Below are positions 1 to 11,289 of a stretch of DNA of 64,000 nt, piece after piece (position 1 is the first letter of the stretch; the number at the start of each line of letters is the position of its first letter). The DNA is from Eledone cirrhosa (Eukaryota): positions 30,318,001-30,382,000 of the forward strand of contig OZ024748.1 in assembly GCA_964016885.1 (NCBI GenBank). Reading direction: 5' to 3'. The notes beneath the pieces were generated by a model, which saw only the letters and a list, made by a program, of their open reading frames with translations, did no database searches and was not told the origin of the DNA. A program made the position numbers and the translations under genes.

Positions 1-195
1 ATCTCTTTGGCTGTGCTCGTCCAACTCAAGGAAGAGTACCAGCGCGTCGCCCTCGAGGTACAATGCCATGAAACCGGCCACGTCTTCTATCTTCTGCAAG
101 CCTGCGACCAGCCGAACCTTCCGCGGCAAAGTGACAACATCACCTTCCCCGGTGAATGGCCTGATAGCTTCGTTCATCCGTAGTCTTGTCGCCAT
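1..195 (-). mobile_element. Ty3/Gypsy-type gag N-terminus (runs off window start)
   Basis: Minus strand from ATG at 195 reads MATRLRMNEAIRPFTGEGDVVTLPRKVRLVAGLQKIEDVAGFMALYLEGDALVLFLEL. The PF.GEGDV...LYLEGDAL pattern is typical of invertebrate gypsy gag. GC-rich upstream stretch at 196-535. Confidence 0.7.
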
Positions 196-534
196 CTTCT
201 GATTTGTTTTGCGGCAAGTGTTTTCTTTTTTTTTTTTTTTTTCAGTCGCCGAAATAGCTTGTGGTTAGAAAAAGCTATCTCACTTACCGCTTTTCACAGG
301 CGCCGCTAAATTCCACTGCAGGTACTCCTCTTCCACGTGCGTCCGACTGCTTAACACCGGGAGCTGCCCAAAACTCGCGTCCACACCGTGTGCTGGTCAC
401 CACTAGAGAGAGGCCTTCTCCTGGCCCTTCCGGTCGAGCATCCTTCCGGCCAAAGACCACTTCCGGTCGAGCACTCCCCCCGCCTCCGGCCACCGCACGC
501 CACACCATACCCACAGGAACTCCATTCTCTGCCC

Positions 535-1546
535 CAAATGCAAACAATGGGTACACAAGAGATGTAGCGGGATCTCAGGAAGCTTAATTAAGAATGTAGG
601 CTTCCCATGCAGCAGCTGTGCTGGGACAGCAAGCAGCAAACAGCCACAGGAAACAAGTACCACCAATCTCTGGGAGGGCTCTGTAGAAACAGTAGACAGC
701 TTCTGCTACCTAGGTGACCGAATTAGCAGCGGATGTGGGTATTCAGAAAGTACAATAACTAGGGTAAGAACGGGATGGAAGAAGTTTAGGGAACTACTAC
801 CACTGCTTGCTGCAAAAGCCTTCTCCCTCAGAATGAAAGGCAGACTGTATGATGCGTGCATCCGAACAGCAATGTTGCATGGTAGTGAGACCTGGGTGCT
901 GAAGGTGGAAGACTTACGTAGATTAGAGAGAAACGAAGCCTGCATGCTCCGATGGATGTGTAACAGTAATATACGTGAACGACAAAGCATAAATGAATTG
1001 AGAGAGAGACGGAGCATAAGAGGAATCAAATGCTGTGTGCAGGAGAGGTGGTTGCGCTGGTATGGACATGTGATGCGTATGAAGGATGACAGCTGCATAA
1101 AAAGGTGCAAAGCACTAGAAGTTGATGGAAACCGCGGAGTGGGGAGACCCAAGATGACCTGGGATGAGGTGATAAAAGCCGACCTTACCCAATTACACCT
1201 CTCTGGCGTCACGCAGTAATACAGAGTACCCGACCTCCCATGGGTACAAGCTGAAGCATAAAGACAATATGCCCCCACACCCCCCACTGCAAGGTGGTCG
1301 TGGAGGTGCCACGGCAAAAAAGCACCCAGCCCACACTGTAAAGTGGACGTGTAGGCGCCACGAAAAAGCACCCAGCACTCACTGTAAATGAGGTTGGTGT
1401 TAGGAAGGGCATCCAGCTGTAGAAATCAAGCCAAATCAGTTCCTGTATGAGCAAGGCATGGTCAGCCGACCAGACACTGCCCACAACAGGACAACCCGTC
1501 TAACCCATGCTAGCGTGGAAGAACGGACGTAAAACGGTGATGATGA
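535..1546 (+). mobile_element. 5'-truncated RTE-clade LINE (C-terminal ORF + 3'UTR + (GAT)n tail)
   Basis: Motifs CKQWVHKRCSGI, FCYLGD, GWKKFRELLPLL, KGRLYDACIRTAMLHGSETW, LRWYGHVMR, GRPKMTW; ends in ggtgatgatga. Confidence 0.9.
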
Positions 1547-1662
1547 CACCATGCAGCTTTCAGTTTAAGGAGTTGCGTTGGATTTATTTCTAGTTATCAG
1601 AAGGTATATTGTTTTATATACTATTTTTGCATCTATATTTCTCATAAAATGCTGTAGACTAT

Positions 1663-1785
1663 ACTCCTGATGAGTATTCTGAGTCTCCTGTAGTTTAATC
1701 ATAATTAATAGTTTGTGATCGATAATCGATTACATATTTTGATTTTAAATTGCAGTCTACTGAATACGAAATAGTGCTATAGGGT
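1663..1785 (+). ncRNA. Hammerhead ribozyme (Penelope-type) with ~94-nt stem II
   Basis: actc-CTGATGA(1667)-gtattc...gaatac-GAAA(1768)-tagtgcta-TA-gggt. The stem II insert folds (ctgtagtttaa/ttaaattgcag; tgtgatcgat/atcgattaca). Confidence 0.65.
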
Positions 1786-1924
1786 CTCTACTGATTCCAT
1801 CTTGAGGACATATTCCTCTCTGACATATGTAATTAGTATGTATATAATATATTGTGTTTTCTTAACGATATATGGTTCTTTCTCTCTCTATATATATATA
1901 TATTTTTTTTTTCATTTGATATAT

Positions 1925-3722
1925 ATCATCATCATCATCATCACCGTTTTACGTCCATTCTTCCATGCTAGCATGGGTTAGATGGGATGTGCTGTTGTGG
2001 GCAATGTCAGGTTGGGTGACCTTGTCTTGCTCATACGGGAACTGATTTTGACTTGATTTCTACAGCTGGATGCCCTTCCTAACACCAACCTCATTTACAG
2101 TGAGTGCTGGGTGTTTTTTTTTCCATGGCACCTACACGACCACTTTGCAGTGGGAAGGGGTGGGGGCATATTCTATATATACTTAAGCTGCGGCTTGTAC
2201 CCATGGGAAGTCGGGTCTTCTGTATTATTGCGTGACTCCAGAGGTCACGGTCTTGTGTCATTGCCTTTGAAAGGTGCAATTGGGCAAAATCCGCTTTTAT
2301 CACTTCATCCCAGGTCTTCTTGGGTCTCCCCACTCTGCGGCTTCCATCGACTTCTAGTGCTCTGCACCTTTTTATGTAGCTGTCATCCTTCATACGCATC
2401 ACATGTCCATACCAACACAACCTCCTCTCCTGCACACAGCATTGGATTCCTCTTATGCTCAGTCTCTCTCTCAATTCGTTTATGCTTTGTGGTTCGTATA
2501 TATTACTATTACACATCCATCGGAGCATGCAGGCTTCGTTTCTTTCAATCTACACAAGTCTTCTGCACACAATGCCCAGGTCTCACTACCATGTAACATT
2601 GCTGTTCTATAGAAATAGTCGATACTTTCCGTTACCTGGGTGACGAAATCAGCAGTGGTGGAGGGTGTTCTGAAAGAACAGTAACCAGAGTCAGAACGGG
2701 ATGGAAAAAGTTCAGAGAGCTTATACTGCTGTTGGCCACAAAAGGTTTCTCTCTAAAAATGAAAGGCAGATTGTATGATGCCTGTATACGAACAGCAATG
2801 CTACATGGCAGTGAGACATGGGCATTACGTGCAGAGGACCTGTGCAGACTGGAAAGGAATGAAGCATGCATGCTCTGTTGGATGTGTAATAGTAATATAC
2901 GTGAGCGGCAAAGCATAAATGAACTAAGTGAGAAATTAGGAATAAGAGGGATCAGATGCTGTTTACTTGAGAGAAGACTACGTTGGTATGGCCACGTGAT
3001 GCGCATGAAAGATGACAGCTGTATAAAAAAGTGCAGGGCGATCATAATTGATGGTAGTTACGGAGTAGGTAGACCCAGAAAAACCTGTGACGATCTGATA
3101 AATTCCGACCTTACACACTTGCACCTCTCTAAGACAATGTCACTGGCCCGAGATCTTTGGCGCTATGCAGTAATACAGAAGACCCGCCTTGCCTATGTAC
3201 AAAGCGAAACCTACAGTCAGCAGGCACCTCTTAACCAAATATACATCCCCAATCTACTACCCCTACCTCCCACTCCCACCAACAGCACGAGATAATGAGA
3301 TTGAGATCGTGTAGGTATCACAACAGTCCACGCTGTAATGTGGCCGTGTAGGTAACACGGTAAAAAGTTCCCAGTTCCACACTGTAAATGTGGTTGGTGT
3401 TAGGAAGGGCATCTAGCCGTAGAAAACCTGCCAGATAGTCCTATATGAGCGAGACACGGTCACCCGACCAATCTTGCCTCAAGTGGGACAACTCCCGTCT
3501 AACCCATGCTAGCGTGGAAGATGGACGTTAAACGAAGATGATGATGATGATGATGATGATGATGCACGCATCATACAGTCTGCCTTTCATTTTGAGGGAA
3601 AAGCCTTTTGCTGCTAGCAGTGGTAGTAGCTCCCTGAACTTCTTGCATCCCGTTCTTACCCTGGTTACTGTACTTTCAGAACACTCACCTCCACTGCTAA
3701 TTAGGTCACCTAGGTAGCAGAA
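1925..3722 (-). mobile_element. RTE-clade LINE fragment interrupted by an opposite-strand RTE copy
   Basis: (CAT)n tail at 1927; ORF 2091-2528 has RTE motifs. The sequence breaks at ~2608 (gctgttc) and resumes at ~3562 (atgcacgcatcatacagtc). Confidence 0.85.
2609..3562 (+). mobile_element. RTE-clade LINE, 5'-truncated, nested insertion
   Basis: FRYLGDEISSGGGCS...KGRLYDACIRTAMLHGSETW (ORF 2732-3295); (GAT)n tail at 3537-3563. Confidence 0.9.
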
Positions 3723-3777
3723 TATATATATGTATACATATATATAGATTTATATATATATCAGTTATTTCTTCCAG

Positions 3778-6700
3778 AAACAGATGATTGTTTGAAAAGT
3801 TTGACATCAATTTTGCGACACAATCCTCTGCCTATTTGGGTTGATCTTATTTCTGATGTGAAAACAGAAAACCAAAAGAAACTGTGTAATTATACAACTG
3901 GCCTGAAAATTGACCAGATGAAAACCGTCTCATACCTGATATGTTACAGTTTATATAATGGTAGGTTATTTACATACATTACATACTTTGCTCAAGTCAA
4001 TTTATAAGGCATCTATTGGCATCTGTCGTAACGTCCGTTTTCCTTAGAATAAAAGATGTTAAATGGTATTTAAATATTGCATAACATAATTTAAAAAAAA
4101 ATATTTTGAATATTTAAATACACAGTAATAAAAAAAATAATAAAACATTTACAGAACTTCAGTGTATACAATATTTTTAACTGTTTTCTATGAAGTGTTT
4201 ATTGGATATTTCTAGTCTGGAATAACTTACATATAATTGACCATGTGAGAAACAGCCCTTTTCTAGATGGTGACTGACAACATGCAATCTTTGAACTTTT
4301 GAGTTGTTGATAGTCATTGCATAACTGACTCTCACAGGAAATTGTAATCGTTTGAAATGAAAAGGGACATCTGTTGGTATTAATGATATTATAGGTATCA
4401 ATGTGATGTCTCCCTTACCATATCCAGTGAGGATGGAAACTAAGAATGATAATGCCCAAATCCTCCATTCACATTATACCAAACCCATGGCCTCAATGTA
4501 CCTGATCCACCAGAACTCAGCTATCTCAAATAGTGCTAAGTTCAATATTTTGATAGCAGACCTGGTAAGGGTGATGAGAAATGTGCCCTGCATGTGCGAT
4601 CCAACAGAATTAAAGAGACACATACAGCACTTTATCCACTGCTTGCAGTTCTCTGGTTATAACCAAAAAGACAGGATCAGAGTGTACAAAGTCACAACCA
4701 TATGCATCCCATTGCACAATCTTGGCTGATCCAGGTTTCTGAATATCATGGTGAATGTGCTCTTCTTCAATTCAAGGTTGTGTGGCAGTATACCAGATGG
4801 TTCCAGTTTTTAGGTCTGGCTACCGTTAGGGATCATTTATGAGAGATTTTGTTGATGGCATTTACTGTGATATTTTGAGGTACAAGGATTTCTCTTTCAC
4901 ACAGCCACTCCTCATTGGAATGGTGGATTTTGAAATTGGGGAACACTTAATTAATTAAGTTTACAATGCTTTCCACAACAGTACAAAATGATGAAGGATC
5001 AAAACATCCTTCAGTATCAAGGTATTGCTTTTCTATAAATTTAAACTGCTGAAAGGTGCTTATCTGTAACTCTGAGGGTCGCCCTCCCTTTCCACCTCTG
5101 AAAACGCACATAAAACCTTAATTACTACCAATATTATTTAGTGTTATTAGCAGTCAACATACAAATAAACTTCCTTTTTATAGATATTATAGATATAGAT
5201 ATATATATATGTGTGTATGTGCATGCAAGTGTGTATGTACAATGTATATTTATTGAAGCAGTTATAACAATAATATTTGAGGTTTTAATTATATAACCAA
5301 GGTATATCTGGACACAGATTAATTAAAACAAACAGCAAATAGAACACACACACGTGTTTATAAAAAATAATGCTGTCTATTAAAAAAAAAAAAACTGCGA
5401 GAGGTACGGGAAATACATTATAATTAAACAGATTAATTAAAATGGAAAACGTACTTTCATAACTATGACACCTGTACATTCCCATGGAGGGATTGTTTCA
5501 CTAAAATAGTGCAAGAATCACATTGTCCATAGATCATCAACAGGTGTTTCAGAAAATGTGTCTTGCAAGTCTAATTAGAAATTAGGTAACTAGTTGTCAG
5601 CACATGGTGAGATAAAAGGAAACATACGTGCTTCAGACCGTAGCTAGTGGCCTGAATGGGAAAATAAAACTGTATTCTCTCCTCTCTATATTTTGAAGAG
5701 CCCGGAAAAAATGTCCTTAGCTCATTAAATTACAAGGATTAATGCGAGTCCTTTACTTCGTTGCTTCATTCGATATTTTAGCTCCTTACAAATTTCTCTG
5801 TTTGTTGAGCACACTTTAATTTGAATGGTCATAGGCTGCAATTTCTAGCAGTTTTATTCTCGCTCAACAATGTGCTCCACACATTGTAGTACAATGATCT
5901 GGTGAAACCTGAGATGTTAGAAGAAACTCATGGTCTGATTATGAGTGGACATTTGGGGGTAAAGAAAACTTTGAATCAGCTGCAGCAGAGGTTCTTCTTG
6001 GCGGGCAGGCATCAAGACATTGGAGAATAGTGTTGGTCCTGTGATGTACTCTGCACTAAGAAGGACCCAAGAAGTGGAGGTGTGCCCCTCTTCAGCTGTA
6101 CCAAGTGGGTGCACCTATGGAAAGAATAGCTGTGGATATTACTGGACCTTTGTCACTCACTGAAAGAGGAAGTCGGTACATGTGTAGCCATGGGCTACTT
6201 CACAAAATGGCCAGAAGCCTATGCCATCCCTGAACAAGAAGCCATGACTGTTGCACAAGTGTTGGCGGACTAGTTATTCTGCCAGTTTGGGATGCCTCAG
6301 AAACTGCATTCCGACCAGGGTAGGAACTTTTAATCAGCTGTGTTTCAGGAGTGTTGTAATTTGTCGGGGATTAAGATGACCAGGACAACTCCATTGAGAC
6401 CACAGTCGGATGGGATGGTGGAGAAGTTTAATTGGACACTAGGATAAGAACTAGCCAAGTATTGTGTAGGACAGTTGGAATGACACTACTGGCTATACAC
6501 CTGCAAAGCTGATGCTGGACCACGAGGTGAGACTCCTGGTTGATCTGTTAATGGGAAGACCACCAAGTGAAGAACTGCCTAGCAAAACCTCCAGCTATGT
6601 GAAATATCTACTAGGAAGACAGATAGCGGTACACCAGCAAGTTAGGGAAGCTCTGAATTTTTGAGTGGAGTGATGAAACGTTGACATGATGCCAGGGCTA

Positions 6701-9317
6701 GTGAGATCAACTTTAAGGAGGGTGATTGATGAAGCGTGGTTTTATAATCCCCAGCGGAAGATGGGACAGTCGCTGAAGCTGCAGAGTCCATGGGAAGGAC
6801 CCTATACTGTGACAAATTGCCTGTCCTATGTGATGTACCAGATTCAAGGAGGCAAGAGGTCTTGTCCTAAGATTGTATATGTGAACGATCTGTAGAAGTA
6901 CTATGGGTCTGGCCAGTTCAGCTGGGACCACCCTGGGAGGTTGGACACATCTGTCAGGGAAAACCAAGGAGAAGAAGCACAAGAGCAAGACAGTTACCGC
7001 GAGGAAGAAGTGGACCAAAAAGAGAACCAAGAGACGCCAGTTGAAATGGATCCAAGTGGGGAAAAAAAAACGTCCTCGGAAGCAGCAGAGGAAAAGAACC
7101 CTATAAGTTCAAGGATTATTTCCTGTATGATTAATAAATATTTATAAATGTTATGTACTTTTATCGGATTGACAAGGGTCTAAGGGAGGGGGTAGTGAAA
7201 GAGATTGTAAAGACCATCATCAGATGCAAATGGTATCATTCAAATTCAAAACACTGCTCCCCAGATCTACAACAGATAGCAAGGTAAAATGAACAATGGA
7301 TTACATGACTGATTTGAAGGTGTTTATGGGTGTTTTGTGTGTTTTACTGGAGGTAGACTATTGAAACTGGTGGAGTTGCCAATGCAGGGAGTTGGTGTGA
7401 GGTTGGCAGTGAGAGCAGTCACTCTTAGGTTGGCGATGTAGTAAAGACAGTCGGTGTAAAGTTGTTGATGTGAATAGTCGGTGTGAACTCGGGTGGCAAA
7501 GAACAACATTATACAAGACATCCAGCCTGGTGCGTCTATTTCTTCCATTCTAATCAAGTTGGCTTGCTGGGCAGGCTTGCGGTTTCCCAGCTGCTGAATT
7601 TGGGCTGTTGGAGCTGTGTTGTAGTTGGAGACCATATTTTGCAACAATATAAAAAGCATAAAACTTATGTTTTCCTGTAAAAGGTATTTTTAATATCATT
7701 GGTAGTCAACTTATTAGGAAAAAAATATTTTCAAACTAGGATTCTTACCAAATTATAATCTTTCTTTTCCATTTATTATTATATTTATATGCCTAGCTAT
7801 TGACTTACTATTGTCCTCCTACTTATTTCTGGTCAATATACACATATATATCCTCATAGAATATTGCTTCTAATTTTTAATCATATGTTTGTGAATGTAT
7901 GGATGTACATAAGTACAACAGTTTGATATACTGTTTTTAATACCGCTTCTGCTTTGCTATTGCTTTTGATTATACTTGTAATTTGCAATGTATTAATTGG
8001 TATGGTATGAACCTCATCTGCTGTATGGAGCTATCTCATATATGTAATACAGACATTAGATTATGATGATGATGATATATTGGGACATTATTGGGACTTT
8101 ATAATATTGGTAATTCTTCAAGTAAAATTTCACTAAGTTTATCTGGTTATACTTTATCTTATTTCAGATATACCTGCACGAGAATTTATAATACCTCTTG
8201 ATTTACATCTGGACATTCAATATGCTTATGATCTTTGTGACACTACCAGATACCTTTGGGTCAGTTATTATTCAAAATTGAAGTCGAATTTGTCTATGTT
8301 ACCACAATTCAACATAAAAAAATTCTATGGTAAATTGCTTTTATATTATGTGAAAAAAAACGCAATTTCTTTAATTGTTGTAATAATTTGATAGAAAATA
8401 TCTAAAAATGGACTTGTACCTTCAAATGTTTATTGTATCTTTATGGTGAATTGGCAGAGTCATGAGAACATTGGATAGAATGCTTTGCAGTATTCGTTTC
8501 GGCTCTCTGCACTCTGAGTTCAAATCCCTCCGAGGTCAACTTTGCCTTTCATTCATTCAAGGTCATTAAAAAGAGTACCAGTTAAGTACTGAGGTTTATT
8601 CTTCCTCTATATTAGTAAATTGTTCCAAGTTCTTGATTATTTTCAAACTTATTTGAAAATCATAGACAGTGCCTTTCATTAGAAATATGGCAACAAAAGG
8701 GTTAAAATGCTCATAGCAAGACTATATGTATGTTTTTTATACATAAACGTATTGTTTTTGGGTCTATATATATGATTTTATCCTGATTCACATTGTATTA
8801 ATGCTATCAATAATGTGTATTTTAATATGGCCAACCCTTGCTAGCCTGAAAAATGGATGTTAAATGATGATGATGATATGAAAAAAAAAAAACAGAAAAC
8901 AATTTGAATATTGTCTCACTTTGTATTTTCTCTTTTTTAAAATTATTTCTAGATATTTGGATTTACAAGAAAAATGATAATATTCAAAACGTGTTACCTG
9001 ATATGGTAGTAAAACCTTTTTGGGGGCATTCACCCGATACATATGTACTCACGAAAAGTAACATTTATAATGAAGATACTATTATTTGCAGAAGGCCACC
9101 AATGCCCTTACCAAGAAGAAAGTCAGGTTCAGATTTCAATCAGCACTCACAAATTTCAACACTCCCCAAACTGATGACATCATCATCATCACCATTATCA
9201 CAATCAATACTATATCCACCACCAATTCCTCCACGTTTAGATACTTTCCTAAGTAAATCTCAAACACTTAGGTCAAAAAGGTCTTCATCGTTTACATCAA
9301 GCAGCTTCAACTTATAA
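3778..9317 (+). CDS. 3' part of a CABIT-domain (GAREM/Themis-like) protein with Pro-rich SH3-ligand tail; exons 3778-3960, 8168-8329, 8953-9317(stop)
   Basis: Three open exons with AG/GT ends, all joined in phase 1 (first two 183 and 162 nt). Joined text: LTSILRHNPLPIWVDL...LKIDQMKTVSYLICYSLYN-DIPAREFIIPLDL...RPPMPLPR...PPPIPPR. This resembles the LP.xV...T..++C..L.N...PL pattern of the GAREM CABIT subdomain. 5' exons lie outside the window. Confidence 0.6.
4177..4401 (-). mobile_element. Helitron Pif1-helicase C-terminal fragment
   Basis: PFHFKRLQFPVRVSYAMTIN...CFSHGQLYVSYSR motifs. Confidence 0.85.
4403..4700 (+). mobile_element. Penelope-like retroelement RT C-terminal fragment
   Basis: HYTKPMAS...NSAIS...K..IL..+VRVMRN...LQFSGY resembles the PLE RT thumb region. 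Confidence 0.6.
5860..7197 (+). mobile_element. Degenerate Gypsy integrase with GPY/F motif and polypurine tract
   Basis: HLGVKKT, ERIAVDITGP, YFTKWPEAYAIP, LHSDQGRNF, PQSDGMVE, LQSPWEGPY with stops and frameshifts; PPT aagggagggggtag followed by TG at ~7182-7197. Confidence 0.9.
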
Positions 9318-10344
9318 CCCTTTAAAACAGTTTTAGTTTTGTTTGAACATATAGGGTTTAACTGTTTTGGTAATGAACTGCCAAAAACCACCCTGATAGT
9401 TTTAAACTGTTTATCTTATTATCTTCTTTGTCCACTTATTTCTGAAAGAGTCATGGGGGCAGGGTCCTCAAATACTCCTTTCAGCGAGTGCTGTCAGAAG
9501 CAACCATCTCTAATTGATCTGGCTAGATCCCCAAGTGAGACCAGCCAGGCTCATGGATGTTATCCAACCATCTTGCTCAGGGTCACCCCTGGTTCTCCTG
9601 CCGGATGGTTTTAAAACCTTCCATCATAATTTCATGTAAGAACTTTTGTTAAGTTATGTTCCAAACACCAGCTTATTGAGAAAGTTTGTTATTTTTCTAA
9701 ATCCTTCTAAATTCTTCATTATTTTCAAAAGGATTTGAAAATTATAGGCATTATCTTTAATTAGAAATAGAGCAATGAAAAAGTTAAATGTTTATATTCA
9801 TCTAAAAAAAAACCTTCTGTCATTATTTTATATAAGATTCTTTGTTAAGTTATGATTCAAACACCAAATCCCTTCAAATTCTTGATTATTTTCAAAACTT
9901 TGAAAATTATAGGCATTGGTGTATTTCACTAGAAATATGGTAATGAAAGTGATGGAGTATCAAAATGTAAACTGTTGAAATAGTCATGTAGTATTTTTAA
10001 AAATCATAAAATGTTTACAATAATGTTTATTAACTCAAATGCTTATAGTATTTTTACATTTAGGGGCTGACCTCAGAGATGCATTATTGAATCTTTACAA
10101 GCACCACAAAGCATTCTATCCGATGTTCTAACAACTCTGCCCATTTGCTACCTCAATAGTAGAATACTGAATCAAAAAGGTATCATCTAACTAATGCAGG
10201 AAAAGTGGATGTAAAAATAGTTTTTACATAACTTTTTAGGGAATTTTTGTGTCAAGACTATTCTAATTAGAGACTGAAAAAAAAATCTGCCTCGTGTCTG
10301 GAAGACTATCAGGCTGGTGCTTCTCCCAGTTTCAATTGAGAGTG

Positions 10345-10700
10345 CAAGATTACCCCTGGACAGGATGACAGTCCATCACAGGGTTAACCCCCACCCCTAC
10401 CCCAGCTACTGCTGGTACTCATTTTCAATTGAATGGACTGGAACAATATGAAATAAAGTGTCTTGCTCAAGAACACAATATGCCATCTAGTCCATGAATT
10501 GAGCCCATGACATTACATTAGTAAGTCTAAACCTTAACCTAAGTTATTTCAATTTTGTTTAAATACCACCATATGCTGATACATTGTGTTCTTGAGCAAG
10601 ACACTTTATTTTACATTGCTCCAGTCCACTTAACTGAAAATGAGTTCCAGCAGTAGCTGGGGATTAACCCTACAATGGACTGGTGCCCTGTCCAGAAAGG
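10345..10700. repeat. Inverted pair of CORE/V-like SINE fragments
   Basis: 10350-10480 is the reverse complement of ~10583-10695 (aaataaagtgtcttgctcaagaacaca / tgtgttcttgagcaagacactttatt). Confidence 0.75.
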
Positions 10701-11153
10701 AGTCTTGTAATCTCAGTCACTTAACAACAGTGAAAAATAAAACTATAAAATGTACCCTCAAACTATAAAATGTACACTCAAACCAAGCCGATATAAAAAA
10801 GACATTCAGTCTTGCTAGGTGCATAACAAACTATCTAGAGCTGGGAACATGATAAATTGTACTCAGTACACTCTGTAATGTGGTAGTTCTGCTAGTATGA
10901 TAAATTATAAATTATATCTCTATTTATTTTTTTTTAGATTATATATATGTATGTGTGTTAATATGTATATATATATATATATATATGTAAAAGGTAAACA
11001 GAAATAACAACACAATCGGTACAGTGTCAGGAAGAATCCCAGGCTGGTAACTGCTGGCTCTGGCTGCCTTCAGGTTTTAAACATTTCTCTCCACTTTTCA
11101 GCCCCTTGGATTATGTCTACCATTATTATATTCCTTTATTAGATAAATTTTGT

Positions 11154-11208
11154 AACACCTGATGACCGGGTTCTGCAGGAACCTGGTCATTGAAATGTGC
11201 ATAGTGTT
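11154..11208 (+). ncRNA. Degenerate hammerhead ribozyme at a Penelope-like end
   Basis: aacac-CTGATGA-ccgggttc/gaacctgg(tcatt)-GAAA-tgtgca-TA-gtgtt, followed by AATAAA and (TA)n. Confidence 0.55.
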
Positions 11209-11289
11209 TATAATAAACCTTTAAGGAATTTCACCAGTCCAGCCTCCTGTCATTTTACTCAATAATAAATATATATGTATACATATATA

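Noticed and set aside
261-587. 108-aa GC-rich ORF
   Set aside because: No recognisable domain; it spans the gypsy upstream region and the LINE junction.
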